Program-made: the position numbers and the translations under genes
Notes under the pieces: generated by a model
Told to the model about the DNA's origin: nothing
The model's input: the letters and a program-made list of their open reading frames with translations, nothing else
Databases searched by the model: none
Part shown: positions 26,606 to 36,361 of the stretch, one piece after another
Numbering within the stretch: position 1 is the stretch's first letter
How the letters are laid out: every line of letters starts with the position of its first letter
Assembly (NCBI GenBank): GCA_963675375.2
Contig: OY776212.2
Span: forward strand, 1,651,404 to 1,715,403
From: Anaerolineales bacterium
GTDB lineage: Bacteria > Chloroflexota > Anaerolineae > Anaerolineales > UBA11579
DNA: 64,000 nt
Direction of reading: 5' to 3'

Positions 26606-28213
26606 ATGAGTACAGAAGATAAGCACAAGAAAGACCTGTCCCGTCGAGAGTTTTTGAAGGGTGCAGGGCTCGGTGTGGCAGCGATCGCGGGAGGAAGCGT
26701 ACTCTCCGGCTGCAAACCGAAAGCAGCATCAGAGGGGGAAGCCGAGGAACAAGCATCAACTGGATTTTCATTTGAAACGCCGCCAGAGCCAATTGCAGAA
26801 AAAGAGATTACCGACACCGTTACCGCAGATGTAGTTGTGATTGGAGCCGGGGTTGCCGGCGTAATGGCGGCCATGTCAGCCGCGCAAGCCGGTGCCAGCA
26901 CCGTACTGCTCGAAAAATCTGAAACCTACAATGCCCGCGGCGGCCACAACGCTGCTTTGGGCAGCAAGCTGCAAAAAGCCAATGGGATTGATTACGACCC
27001 GAACGAAGTGATCAACGCCCTTGTTCGCTGGTCTGGACACAAAGTAGACCAACGCTTGCTGATGTTGTGGGCCAACAATGTGAATGAAACCATTGACCTG
27101 ATGATTGACATGGCTGAAGCAGAAGGCATGGAAGTGATCCTGTGGGGTAATGATGTGCCCGATGCCGCTTACCCGGAATACAAGACTGTGCACATGTTCG
27201 GCGGTATGGACGAGAAAAATGTGACCATGCTGTGTGAAAAAGCGTTCCTGGAGGCCGGCGGGGAAGTGTACTACTCAACCCCTGCTGCACAGCTGGAACG
27301 GGAAGACGGCGGCCGTGTCACCGGCGTGATCGCCGGCGAACCTGGCGCTTACACGCGCTTTGTTGCCAACAAGGGTGTGATCTTATGCACCGGCGACTAC
27401 GGCAATGACCCCGAGTTGGTTGCCCGTTACTGCCCCAAAGCTGCTGATGTAGACATGAATGTGTACGCACCGCAGGTTAACACCGGCGATGGGCACAAGA
27501 TGGGTATGTGGATTGGCGCCGCCATGCAAGAAGAAGACCCGGCCGCGACTGTGATGCATAACTTGGGTGCCTTGAGCCTGACTTCCAACCCCTTCTTGCG
27601 GGTGAACGGGGTGGGCGAACGCTACGAAAACGAAGATGTACCGCTTACCTACATGGTCAACAAGATCCAACTGCTGCCCGACAACACCGCCTATACTGTC
27701 TTCGACAGCACCTACGGCGACGAACTGGCCAACTTTACGCCCAGCTTTGCGCGTGTGACCGCCATGAGCGACAGTGTGCAGGAAGAACTGGATGCAGCTG
27801 TTGAAGCCGGCACGACCGTCTTCAAAGCCGATACAATCGAAGAATTGGCCGAAAAACTCAACGTCCCCGCCGCCAACCTTAAAGCCACTGTTGACCGCTA
27901 CAATGAACTGGCTGCCAATGGTGAGGATGTCGACTTCGGTAAAGACCCCAGCATCCTGACCCCGATTGATACTGCCCCGTTCTACGGCGCACGCATCACG
28001 GTTGCCCTCCTGGTGGTTTTGGGTGGTTTGAACACCAACACCAACCTGGAAGTGCTGGATACAGAAGGGAATGTGATCCCCGGTCTGTATGCTGCCGGCA
28101 ACACAGTGGGCAACTTCTTTGCCAACGATTATCCGGTCATCGTCCCCGGCCTGAGCCACAGCCGCGCTTTGGTATTCGGCCGCCTGGCCGGTCAGACCGC
28201 TGCAAACGCCTAA
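26606..28213 (+). CDS. Tat-exported lipoprotein FAD-dependent oxidoreductase A2 (paralog)
   Basis: SRREFLKGAG, lipobox LSGC, DVVVIGAGVAGVMAAMSAAQAGASTVLLEK and GLYAAGN. Clearly paralogous to A1 over its full length. Confidence 0.85.
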   Translation: MSTEDKHKKDLSRREFLKGAGLGVAAIAGGSVLSGCKPKAASEGEAEEQASTGFSFETPPEPIAEKEITDTVTADVVVIGAGVAGVMAAMSAAQAGASTVLLEKSETYNARGGHNAALGSKLQKANGIDYDPNEVINALVRWSGHKVDQRLLMLWANNVNETIDLMIDMAEAEGMEVILWGNDVPDAAYPEYKTVHMFGGMDEKNVTMLCEKAFLEAGGEVYYSTPAAQLEREDGGRVTGVIAGEPGAYTRFVANKGVILCTGDYGNDPELVARYCPKAADVDMNVYAPQVNTGDGHKMGMWIGAAMQEEDPAATVMHNLGALSLTSNPFLRVNGVGERYENEDVPLTYMVNKIQLLPDNTAYTVFDSTYGDELANFTPSFARVTAMSDSVQEELDAAVEAGTTVFKADTIEELAEKLNVPAANLKATVDRYNELAANGEDVDFGKDPSILTPIDTAPFYGARITVALLVVLGGLNTNTNLEVLDTEGNVIPGLYAAGNTVGNFFANDYPVIVPGLSHSRALVFGRLAGQTAANA

Positions 28214-28251
28214 ACTCCTGTTTTCTTCTTTCCAGGATAGGTAACTAAACC

Positions 28252-28289
28252 TTTGCCCCTCGCAGATATGTTGATGTGCGGGGGGCAAA
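28252..28289 (+). terminator. 13-bp stem hairpin after flavoenzyme A2 (no T-run)
   Basis: tttgcccctcgca ... tgcggggggcaaa. No U-tract follows, so terminator function is uncertain. Confidence 0.35.
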
Positions 28290-28392
28290 AACCTTAACTT
28301 TGTGGTTTATAGTACAATTGGTTTGATCGACCAATTAGGAAAGGGTTTTGATCGAAAGTATGGGATAGTCTGCGGCTCACAACATAGAAAAA

Positions 28393-31161
28393 ATGCTGAA
28401 CAGATTTCCGGATATGATTATTCCCACCAAGTTGAATCAGCCGCTTGTCAGGGCGGACTTGGTGACGCGCACCAATTTGGATGAACGCTTGCGCGAAGGG
28501 CTGACAAAAAAACTGACCCTTGTATCTGCCCCGGCCGGATTTGGTAAGACAACCCTGATCTCGGCCTGGCTGAACCATTTACCTTATCAGGCTTCCTGGT
28601 TATCGTTAGATCAACGGGATAACAATTTTTCTCGTTTCCTGGCTTACTTGGAGATTTCGTTAAATCCTTTCCGGTCAAACAAAGAATGTTTGTACGAAAA
28701 CTTCACGTCTGCCGACCACCAATATACCGAACAGTTTCTTGAGAAAGCCCTGCAGAAGATGGCAAACCAACGGCCTTTCCGCCTGTTGGTGCTGGACGAT
28801 TACCATTTAATCACCAATCAAAAGGTACACAATACCCTCGTCTTCCTGCTCAACAATCTTCCCTTGCCCGATCCTTCTTTCAAGGGCGGAGGGAAAGGGT
28901 GTCATGTGGTGTTGCTCACTCGCTCAGATCCGCCTTTCCCGGTGGCGCGCTGGCGGGTGCATCATCAGGTCAACGAGATTAGAACGGATGACCTGCGCTT
29001 TTCTTTGGAAGAAACTGCCCAACTTTTCAATCATTCGATGCAGTTAGGGCTTTCTTTAGAAGATGTCGCCGAATTGAAATCGCGTGCCGAGGGGTGGGTG
29101 GCCGGTTTGCAGCTGGCCGGGGTTTCCCTGCAGGGTCAAAAACCGCGCAACCACCATCATTTCATCAGCCAGATCAAGGGGAGTTACCGCCTGCTGGCCG
29201 ACTTTTTGATCGAAGAAGTCTACTTACAGCAAACGCCGGAGATCCAAGATTTCCTCCTGAAGACCAGTATTTTAGATCGGATGAACGGCGAGTTGTGCGA
29301 TGCATTGCTGCAAAGTTTTGGCGGGAACAAAATCCTGACTTTTTTAGAGCGCAACAATGTCTTTGTAGTCCCATTAGACCACGACCGTCATTGGTACCGC
29401 TATCATCACTTTTTTGCCGAGGTGCTTGCCGACCGCCTGAAAGCGATCCAGGATGAAGAGTATAAACAACTCCATATCCGAGCGGCGCAGTGGCTGGAAG
29501 AACATGAATTTATAGAAGATAGTGTGCGCCACTGGCTGCAAGCCAAAGACTACCAACATGCCTCTAGCCTGATCGTCAGGACGGCCTCTAAATTGTTGGA
29601 TCAGGGTAAGTTTTATATTCTGCGCAGCCTGGTGGAATTGTTCCCCGAAGAATCCTTCCAGCGGTCTCCCTGGTTGAGCATTTACCGCTCCTGGACTTGT
29701 TTTATGCTGGAACCTGCTGAAATGGAGACCTGGTTGATGTCCTCTGAACGGGTGATTGACAGCATGATCGAGGAAGGCGAGACGGATACGGATGAGATCA
29801 ATGAAATGCTGGGCAATATTGCCGCTATCCGCGCTCTGGCAGCCGTGCGGCAGGGAGATTTGGAAAAGACCCTGTCGTTAGCGCCTTATGCCCTGGCACT
29901 TCTGCCTGAAAAAGCGATCAAAGTGCGCGGCCTGGTGTTCAACGCCATCGGCACCAGCTGTATGTTGAAAGGCGAGCAGGAGAAAGCGCTGGAGCATTTC
30001 ATGGAAGCCAAAACCATCCTGCGCAAGGGCGGTAATTTTGGCGGGTCGGCAGATGCGCTCAGTTTTGCCGGAGAAATTCAGCTGGACCGGGGAGAGCTGC
30101 GTCTTGCTTTAGACACCTTCAAAGAAGCCATTTCGTTGGAGAAGTACCATTCCGGCGGGGAACCTTGTTATGTCAGCCAGGCGTATAGTGGGGTGGGGCA
30201 AATTTTGTTTGAGTGGAATCAACTGGATGAGGCATTTTGGAACTTCCAAAACGGCTATCAATACAGCGGGCGGATGGGGGTTTCTAACCAGATTTCTTGT
30301 GCCATCCCGATGGTGGCAGCCTGGTTGGAGTTGGGCCAATTGGATAAAGCCGAAGAAGTCTTGAGCCAGTACAGCGGGTATATTGGGCATACTTCGCTCA
30401 CCCCGTGGGTAGACTCGCGGCTGGTTGCCACCCAAATCCATTTTCTGGCTGCTCAAGCAGATTTTCGCGAGATCGACCATTTGATCCGCTACCGGGGAAT
30501 CGATTTAGGGGAACATTTTACCCTGACGCGGGAACCGGAATACACCGCGGTAGCGCTGTCTTACTTGATGCGCGGCAATATGAAACAGGCGGTCAACCTC
30601 TCGACGCGCCTGGAGGGACGCGTGGGGGCATTGGGCAGCACAGGCCGTCAAATCCGGCTGTTGGCGATCTTGGCGGCTTCTCTCAGTTTGCTCGGCCAGC
30701 AAAAGGCCGCACTGAAAAAGGTTGCCAGAGCTTTCAAACTGGCAGGCAGCGAAGGGTTTATCCGCAGCTTTGTGGCTATGGGGGAACCGATGCTGTCTCT
30801 GATTGCCGAATTAGCCGATTCGGAATTTGTGGAAACTTACCGGCTCGACAAGGCTTACCTGGGCGAGGTGGTGTCTGCTTTCATCGCTGGCGAAGATGGC
30901 AGTGCCTTTTACAACCCGCTGCGTACCGAACCAGCCCGCGCGATGGGGAATATGCCGGGACTAATTATGGAGCCATTGACCGAACGCGAGTTGGAAGTTT
31001 TGCAGCTGCTTGCCGCCGAGAAAAACAACCGAGAAATTGCCAGCCGGTTGAGCATTTCGATCAATACGGTCAAGACGCATATCGCCAATATTTACAGCAA
31101 GCTGGGGGTCAGCAACCGGTTACAGGCCGCTAACCGGGTTCGGCAGCTTAAAATTTTCTAA
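28393..31161 (+). CDS. LAL-type regulator B (paralog of regulator A)
   Basis: 922 aa. Walker A LVSAPAGFGKTTL and a C-terminal LuxR HTH (LTERELEVLQLLAAEKNNREIASRLSISINTVKTHIANIYSKLGV). Collinear with regulator A but heavily substituted. Confidence 0.85.
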   Translation: MLNRFPDMIIPTKLNQPLVRADLVTRTNLDERLREGLTKKLTLVSAPAGFGKTTLISAWLNHLPYQASWLSLDQRDNNFSRFLAYLEISLNPFRSNKECLYENFTSADHQYTEQFLEKALQKMANQRPFRLLVLDDYHLITNQKVHNTLVFLLNNLPLPDPSFKGGGKGCHVVLLTRSDPPFPVARWRVHHQVNEIRTDDLRFSLEETAQLFNHSMQLGLSLEDVAELKSRAEGWVAGLQLAGVSLQGQKPRNHHHFISQIKGSYRLLADFLIEEVYLQQTPEIQDFLLKTSILDRMNGELCDALLQSFGGNKILTFLERNNVFVVPLDHDRHWYRYHHFFAEVLADRLKAIQDEEYKQLHIRAAQWLEEHEFIEDSVRHWLQAKDYQHASSLIVRTASKLLDQGKFYILRSLVELFPEESFQRSPWLSIYRSWTCFMLEPAEMETWLMSSERVIDSMIEEGETDTDEINEMLGNIAAIRALAAVRQGDLEKTLSLAPYALALLPEKAIKVRGLVFNAIGTSCMLKGEQEKALEHFMEAKTILRKGGNFGGSADALSFAGEIQLDRGELRLALDTFKEAISLEKYHSGGEPCYVSQAYSGVGQILFEWNQLDEAFWNFQNGYQYSGRMGVSNQISCAIPMVAAWLELGQLDKAEEVLSQYSGYIGHTSLTPWVDSRLVATQIHFLAAQADFREIDHLIRYRGIDLGEHFTLTREPEYTAVALSYLMRGNMKQAVNLSTRLEGRVGALGSTGRQIRLLAILAASLSLLGQQKAALKKVARAFKLAGSEGFIRSFVAMGEPMLSLIAELADSEFVETYRLDKAYLGEVVSAFIAGEDGSAFYNPLRTEPARAMGNMPGLIMEPLTERELEVLQLLAAEKNNREIASRLSISINTVKTHIANIYSKLGVSNRLQAANRVRQLKIF

Positions 31162-31188
31162 AATAAGTCCTCTATCAGACCATTGAAT

Positions 31189-31259
31189 CAAATCATACCG
31201 GGGGGTGATGACATCTCATCCTGCTTATCCGTATGCTAAGAATGTGGATATTTTCACAA
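31189..31259 (+). promoter_or_regulatory. conserved upstream element of cytochrome cassette B
   Basis: The same 29-nt block and the same attttcacaat block as in 22390-22458. Confidence 0.55.
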
Positions 31260-31285
31260 TCTGAATACATTTAACCAAGGAAAAT

Positions 31286-32083
31286 ATGAGAAGAAAAAGA
31301 CAAAAATATTCGATAGGCCCGGTACGTACGCTCTGTATCTGGGTCTTGCTGCTCGCCAGCGGATGTTCTAGTGTTGGCGATCTGGCGGTTGCATACCAGC
31401 CTGATCCCGCCGATGTAGACCTGGAAGGGTGGGCAGAAGCCTATCCCCAAATCTATGCGGACTGGGAATCTTCCATTCACGGTACTGCCTACCTGAGTGG
31501 AGATGAGAACGCCCCGACCTGTAATGACTGCCACGATGCCCCGGTTGAGGGTGAGGTGGTCAATACGGCCGAGTTTCATCTGCAAGTCCCCAACCGCTGT
31601 GCCCGCTGCCACAACGACGACGCACTGATGGCCGAGTATGGGATTGCTGATGATGTGTACGAAACCTACCTGGCAGACTTCCACGGGACGACGATCCAGT
31701 ATTACGCGGAAAACGACCCGACTGCGCTGCGCGACGAAGCAGTGTGCAGTGACTGCCACGACAGCCACGCCGTTTACCCGCAGGACGATGAACGTTCCAG
31801 CGTAGCGGCGGTCAATTTACAAACTACCTGTGCCAAGTGCCATGCCGGTGCCAGCGAAGCTTTCACCAGTGCATACGGACACTACCGCCCGATCCAGGAC
31901 CCGGTATCAAAAGCCGATACCACCATCGTTTTCATTGTCAAACTGGCTTACCAGGCCCTGATCCCGATCACCCTGGGCGGTATGTTGGCCTACATCGGCC
32001 TGGACATCTTCTTCCGCATCAAGCGCAAGAACGCCAAGCAAAACACCGAACCCGAAACTGACGAAAGCGAGGCGCAGTCATGA
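31286..32083 (+). CDS. tetraheme c-type cytochrome lipoprotein (module B)
   Basis: Lipobox LLASGC and four CxxCH. The conserved core (YQPD...FFRIK) differs from copy A at one residue (D to E); the signal peptide and C-terminal tail differ. Confidence 0.85.
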   Translation: MRRKRQKYSIGPVRTLCIWVLLLASGCSSVGDLAVAYQPDPADVDLEGWAEAYPQIYADWESSIHGTAYLSGDENAPTCNDCHDAPVEGEVVNTAEFHLQVPNRCARCHNDDALMAEYGIADDVYETYLADFHGTTIQYYAENDPTALRDEAVCSDCHDSHAVYPQDDERSSVAAVNLQTTCAKCHAGASEAFTSAYGHYRPIQDPVSKADTTIVFIVKLAYQALIPITLGGMLAYIGLDIFFRIKRKNAKQNTEPETDESEAQS

Positions 32084-33239
32084 CCCATTCAACTTCCACA
32101 CCAATGCCGCAGGAAGAAACCATGATCCGTTTCGACCTCAGCCAGCGCATTCAGCACATTGTGATGATGGTTTCCTTCATCACCCTGGCGCTGACCGGCT
32201 TGCCGCAATCCTTTTCAGACGCCGGCTGGGCCAAAGCCTGGATGTCGCTGTTCGGGGGTATCGCCGGGGTGCGCAAGGTGCACCATCTGGCAGCTGTATT
32301 GATGATCTTCGTGTTCGTCTACCACTTCATTGTGGTGATCGGTGACCTGTTCAAGAAAGACACCGGACGCTGGATGCTGCCGGTCAAGCAAGACCTGACC
32401 GATGCTTCCCATGCGGTCAAATACCTGCTGGGCAAAGTGGACAGCCCCCCGCAGTACGGGCGTTTTGACTTCCGCCAGAAGCTGGAATATTGGGCCTTGA
32501 TCTGGGGGACGATCCTGATGGGGATCACCGGGTTGGTGTTGATGTTCCCGGTGGCGTTTGCCAACTTTTTGCCGGGCGAGGTGATCTATGCCGCCAAAGC
32601 AGCGCATGGGTTGGAAGCACTCCTGGCAGTGGCATCCATTGTCAGCTGGCACATGTACAATGCGCACTTTGCGCACGGTATCTTCCCGATGGATAAGAGC
32701 ATCTTCACCGGCAAGATCAGCGTAGAGCGCATGAAGGAAGAACATCCTTTGGAATACGAAGCCTTGATGGCGGCACAGACGACAGCCCGCACCGAAACAG
32801 AAGAATAGGAGCCAGCCATGTCAAACAAACTAAAACTAATCATCGCCATTGTGTTGGTGATCGTGATGATCCCGACCATGGGCAGTGTGTATGTCAAAGA
32901 CAGCTTGCACAGCACCAATTACTGTGCCGGCTGCCACGAAGATCACTACACCACCTGGGCAGCACCGGAGAGTGAATACTCCCTGGCGCACCAGCATGCC
33001 GAAATGGGTGTCTCTTGCCAGAGCTGCCACCAGCGCACAATGGGTGAGTCGGTCATGGAAGTGGTCAACTATACCACCGGTAATTACTATTACCCCTTCC
33101 CGGAGATCGAATTGGGGATGGATACCTGTTTTGCCTGCCACGGCAGCTATGCGGAGATCATCCCGCTGACCGATCCGTTGATCACGGGGGAAGAGCGCAA
33201 TCCGCACGATGGACACTGGGGTGAGCTGGAATGCGGCAC
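31394..33239 (+). repeat. near-identical copy B of the three-gene cytochrome cassette
   Basis: Partner of 22589-24500. Confidence 0.85.
32080..32808 (+). CDS. membrane b-type cytochrome (module B)
   Basis: Nearly identical to 23296-24069 except at the extreme N- and C-termini. ATGA overlap with the upstream gene. Confidence 0.75.
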   Translation: MTHSTSTPMPQEETMIRFDLSQRIQHIVMMVSFITLALTGLPQSFSDAGWAKAWMSLFGGIAGVRKVHHLAAVLMIFVFVYHFIVVIGDLFKKDTGRWMLPVKQDLTDASHAVKYLLGKVDSPPQYGRFDFRQKLEYWALIWGTILMGITGLVLMFPVAFANFLPGEVIYAAKAAHGLEALLAVASIVSWHMYNAHFAHGIFPMDKSIFTGKISVERMKEEHPLEYEALMAAQTTARTETEE

Positions 33240-33333
33240 GTGCCATAAAATGCACCGCGACTCGATTGATTACTGCGCCAGCTGCCATAACTCGGTCACC
33301 GATGCGCCGGGGTGGACGAAGCCAAGCCCATAG
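32818..33333 (+). CDS. membrane-anchored small pentaheme c-type cytochrome (module B)
   Basis: Five CxxCH motifs. Differs from copy A at a few residues, mostly in the last 35 aa. Confidence 0.85.
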   Translation: MSNKLKLIIAIVLVIVMIPTMGSVYVKDSLHSTNYCAGCHEDHYTTWAAPESEYSLAHQHAEMGVSCQSCHQRTMGESVMEVVNYTTGNYYYPFPEIELGMDTCFACHGSYAEIIPLTDPLITGEERNPHDGHWGELECGTCHKMHRDSIDYCASCHNSVTDAPGWTKPSP

Positions 33334-33438
33334 GGTATGACCGCGATTTAAGTAAGCAAGGAAAATGAAGAGTTTTCTGGGAAAGTTTTATTCCCTCAAA
33401 CTCGGAGTGAATAATCAAAAGTTCAAGGAGAAAAAAGA

Positions 33439-35073
33439 ATGAGTACAGAAGAAAAAAACAAGAAAATGCTGTCTCGCCGTGAATTCCTCAAAGGAGCCGG
33501 CATCAGCGTGGCTGCTATCGCTGGCAGCAGTGTGTTGTCCGGCTGCAAGCCAAAAACCGCACCGGCAGAAGATGCCGCTGCGGATGGCGCAGTAGAAAGC
33601 GGCGCAGCATCCTATTCGTTTGAAACCCCGCCAGACCCGATTGCCAAAAAAGACATCAAAGACACCAAATCGGCAGACGTAGTTGTGTTGGGCGCAGGAA
33701 TTTCTGGCCTGTGCGCAGCCTATGCAGCCGCCGAAAAGGGCGCCAGCGTGATCGTTTTGGAGAAGCGTGAAACCTTTACTTTCCACGGGATGGACAACGG
33801 TGTGATCGGCGACCGCCTGCATAAAGCCGAAGGTTTGGATGTGCCCAAAGACCAGGCGATGGCCGATATTATGCGCTTCGGCGGCTACCGCCAGAACCCC
33901 CGCGTGGTGTCCTTGTGGGCCAATGAGAGCGGCCGGGTGATGGATCGCTTGTTGGATATGGCCGATGAGGCTGGCTTTACTTACATCGTGGATAATGATG
34001 TCAAAGAGCATTTCCCCTACAAAGAATTTGCCACTTCCATCCAATTCCAACCGGCTCGCCAGGCTACCCTGGTACCGATGCTGGAAGGCAATGTGCGCGG
34101 CATGGGCGTCGAAATTTTATACGATACCCCCGCACGTCAGCTGCTGCGTGGCGATGATGGTAAGGTGACCGGTGTGGTCGCCGAAACCGAAGACGGCTAC
34201 CTCCAGGTAGATGCCAGCAAGGGCGTGATCATCTGCACCGGCGGGTACGGCAGCAACCAGGAAATGCTGGCGAAGTATGCCCCCCGCGCTACCAAGATCG
34301 TTAACAACCAATACGCTGAACAGAGCAATACCGGCGACGGTATCTTGATGGGGATGTGGGTTGGCGGCGCCAAGCAGGAAAGCTCCTGCCCGATGTTGTG
34401 GGACGGACATATCCCTGGGATTGGCGGCATGCATATGACCCTTGCCCGCCAGCCGTGGCTGTATGTGAATGTTTTGGGCGAACGCTATGCCAACGAAGAT
34501 GCTCCCTTTGGCTACACAGCCAACCAGGACATCATGCAGCCGACCAGCATGAAGTGGGCGGTGTGGGATGCCAAATGGGAAACCGATGTGCACCAGCTGC
34601 ATGGTACGGTTTGTGAAGCAATGCGCCCGCCGTTCTGGACAGAAGATAGTTACCAGGACTATATGGACAGAGGCGTGATTGTGGAAGCCGACACCCTGGA
34701 AGAACTGGCCGAGGTGATGGAAGTGCCGGTAGACGCCTTGATGGCGACGGTTGCCCGCTACAACGAACTCTACGAGATGGGTGAGGATGTAGACTTTGGG
34801 AAAGACCCCGCCAAACTGACCTCGATTGTAGAAGGTCCCTTCGGTGCTGCCAAAGTCGGCGCCGGGATTTTGGTCACAGTCGATGGCCTGCGCATCAACA
34901 CCGATCTGCAAGTGTTGGACACGGAAGGACAACCGATCCCTGGCTTGTACGCCGCCGGGAATGCCTCTGGTGACTTCTTTGCCCAAGACTACCCGATTGA
35001 CCTGCACGGCCTCAGCCACGGGCGTGCCCTCACCTTTGGCTGGTTAGCCGGAGAAAAGGCTGCGGAAGCATAA
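33439..35073 (+). CDS. Tat-exported lipoprotein FAD-dependent oxidoreductase B (divergent paralog)
   Basis: SRREFLKGAG, lipobox LSGC, DVVVLGAGISGLCAAYAAAEKGASVIVLEK and GLYAAGNASGD. More diverged from A1 and A2 than they are from each other. Confidence 0.85.
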   Translation: MSTEEKNKKMLSRREFLKGAGISVAAIAGSSVLSGCKPKTAPAEDAAADGAVESGAASYSFETPPDPIAKKDIKDTKSADVVVLGAGISGLCAAYAAAEKGASVIVLEKRETFTFHGMDNGVIGDRLHKAEGLDVPKDQAMADIMRFGGYRQNPRVVSLWANESGRVMDRLLDMADEAGFTYIVDNDVKEHFPYKEFATSIQFQPARQATLVPMLEGNVRGMGVEILYDTPARQLLRGDDGKVTGVVAETEDGYLQVDASKGVIICTGGYGSNQEMLAKYAPRATKIVNNQYAEQSNTGDGILMGMWVGGAKQESSCPMLWDGHIPGIGGMHMTLARQPWLYVNVLGERYANEDAPFGYTANQDIMQPTSMKWAVWDAKWETDVHQLHGTVCEAMRPPFWTEDSYQDYMDRGVIVEADTLEELAEVMEVPVDALMATVARYNELYEMGEDVDFGKDPAKLTSIVEGPFGAAKVGAGILVTVDGLRINTDLQVLDTEGQPIPGLYAAGNASGDFFAQDYPIDLHGLSHGRALTFGWLAGEKAAEA

Positions 35074-35202
35074 GAATTTTCTTTTCCTTTGATTGAAGTT
35101 TCATCAACACATTTCCCCTCTTTCGAATGTTGAAAGGGGGGAAATTGTGTATATGCGGTTACAATTATTCCTGGAAAAACATTACCTAAAGAGGAATCTG
35201 CC

Positions 35203-36255
35203 ATGACCAAACCGACCGATCTGCTGCTCAAAGATTTTCGCCCCCAACCCAAGCTGGTAGTGCCGCAAACCAGGGTGGAAAAACCGCGTTTTCCCGTATT
35301 CGATGCCCATAACCATTTAGGAGACCTGTTTGGCGGCGGCTGGATCAACCGGCCGGTCAGCCAGCTGCTGGATGTGCTGGATGAGGCCGATGTGCAGTAT
35401 CTGGTAGACCTGGATGGCGGGTGGGGGGAAGATGTGCTCGAAAAGCACTTGGCGGTCTTGAAAGCTGCTGCCCCGGATCGCTTCATCGTTTTCGGTGGGG
35501 TAGACTGGGCGCGCTGGCCGGAGCAGGGGGCGGTCTTTGGCGAATGGGCGGCCAAACGGCTACACGTGCAGGCGCAGCGGGGGGCAGAAGGGTTGAAAAT
35601 TTGGAAGCCGTTTGGGTTATCGATGACCGATGACCAGGGCGTGCTGGCCCGCCTGGATGACGAACGTCTGGCGCCGATCTGGGAGACGGCTGCCGAGCTG
35701 GGTTTGCCGGTAATCATCCATGTGGCCGACCCGGTGGCTTTCTTTGACCCCCTGGATGCCAATAACGAACGCTGGGACGAACTCAATGCCCATCCCGATT
35801 GGCATTTTCCATCTCCGCCGTACCCGCCCTTTATGGAGATCATGAACCAACTTGCCAGCCTGGTGATAAGCCACCCGCAGACGACTTTCATCGGGGCGCA
35901 TGTGGGCTGTTACTCGGAGAACCTGGCCTGGGTCGGCAGTTTGCTGGAGCGGGCGCCGAATTTCTATGTCGATATCAGCGCACGGATTGCGGAGTTGGGG
36001 CGGCAGCCGTACTCCGCCCGCAAATTCTTCCTCAAGTATACCGACCGCATTTTGTTTGGCACCGACCTACCCGCCGATGTGGAGATGTACCGTTTGTATT
36101 ACCGTTTCTTAGAGAGCGAAGATGAATATTTTAACTATTCGTTGGAAGACCTGCCGCCGCAAGGGCGCTGGCAAATCTACGGCCTGCATTTGCCGGAGGA
36201 TGTGCTGCAAAAGGTCTACAATTTGAATGCCAAGAGGATTTTTAAGAAAGATTAA
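35203..36255 (+). CDS. amidohydrolase-family (TIM-barrel metal-dependent hydrolase) protein
   Basis: The N-terminal FDAHNH HxH motif, plus later His and Asp residues (IIHVAD, GAHVG, FGTD) typical of amidohydrolase_2. Confidence 0.7.
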   Translation: MTKPTDLLLKDFRPQPKLVVPQTRVEKPRFPVFDAHNHLGDLFGGGWINRPVSQLLDVLDEADVQYLVDLDGGWGEDVLEKHLAVLKAAAPDRFIVFGGVDWARWPEQGAVFGEWAAKRLHVQAQRGAEGLKIWKPFGLSMTDDQGVLARLDDERLAPIWETAAELGLPVIIHVADPVAFFDPLDANNERWDELNAHPDWHFPSPPYPPFMEIMNQLASLVISHPQTTFIGAHVGCYSENLAWVGSLLERAPNFYVDISARIAELGRQPYSARKFFLKYTDRILFGTDLPADVEMYRLYYRFLESEDEYFNYSLEDLPPQGRWQIYGLHLPEDVLQKVYNLNAKRIFKKD

Positions 36256-36302
36256 CCTGACTGAATAATCCATATTTCGTTGATTGGACTCTATTTAATC
36301 CG

Positions 36303-36332
36303 AGACCGCCGGTGAATCCCGGCGGTTTTTTT
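36303..36332 (+). terminator. intrinsic terminator
   Basis: accgccgg-tgaatc-ccggcggt followed by TTTTTT. Confidence 0.75.
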
Positions 36333-36361
36333 GACTCAGGGGAATAAGTATGTTAAGATAT

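Noticed and set aside
31394-33239. The possibility that the second cytochrome cassette is an assembly artefact (a falsely duplicated repeat).
   Set aside because: The two copies carry scattered substitutions and codon indels at the gene termini. Their signal peptides and tails differ, and they are embedded in unique, diverged flanks. Read-level confirmation is still advisable.
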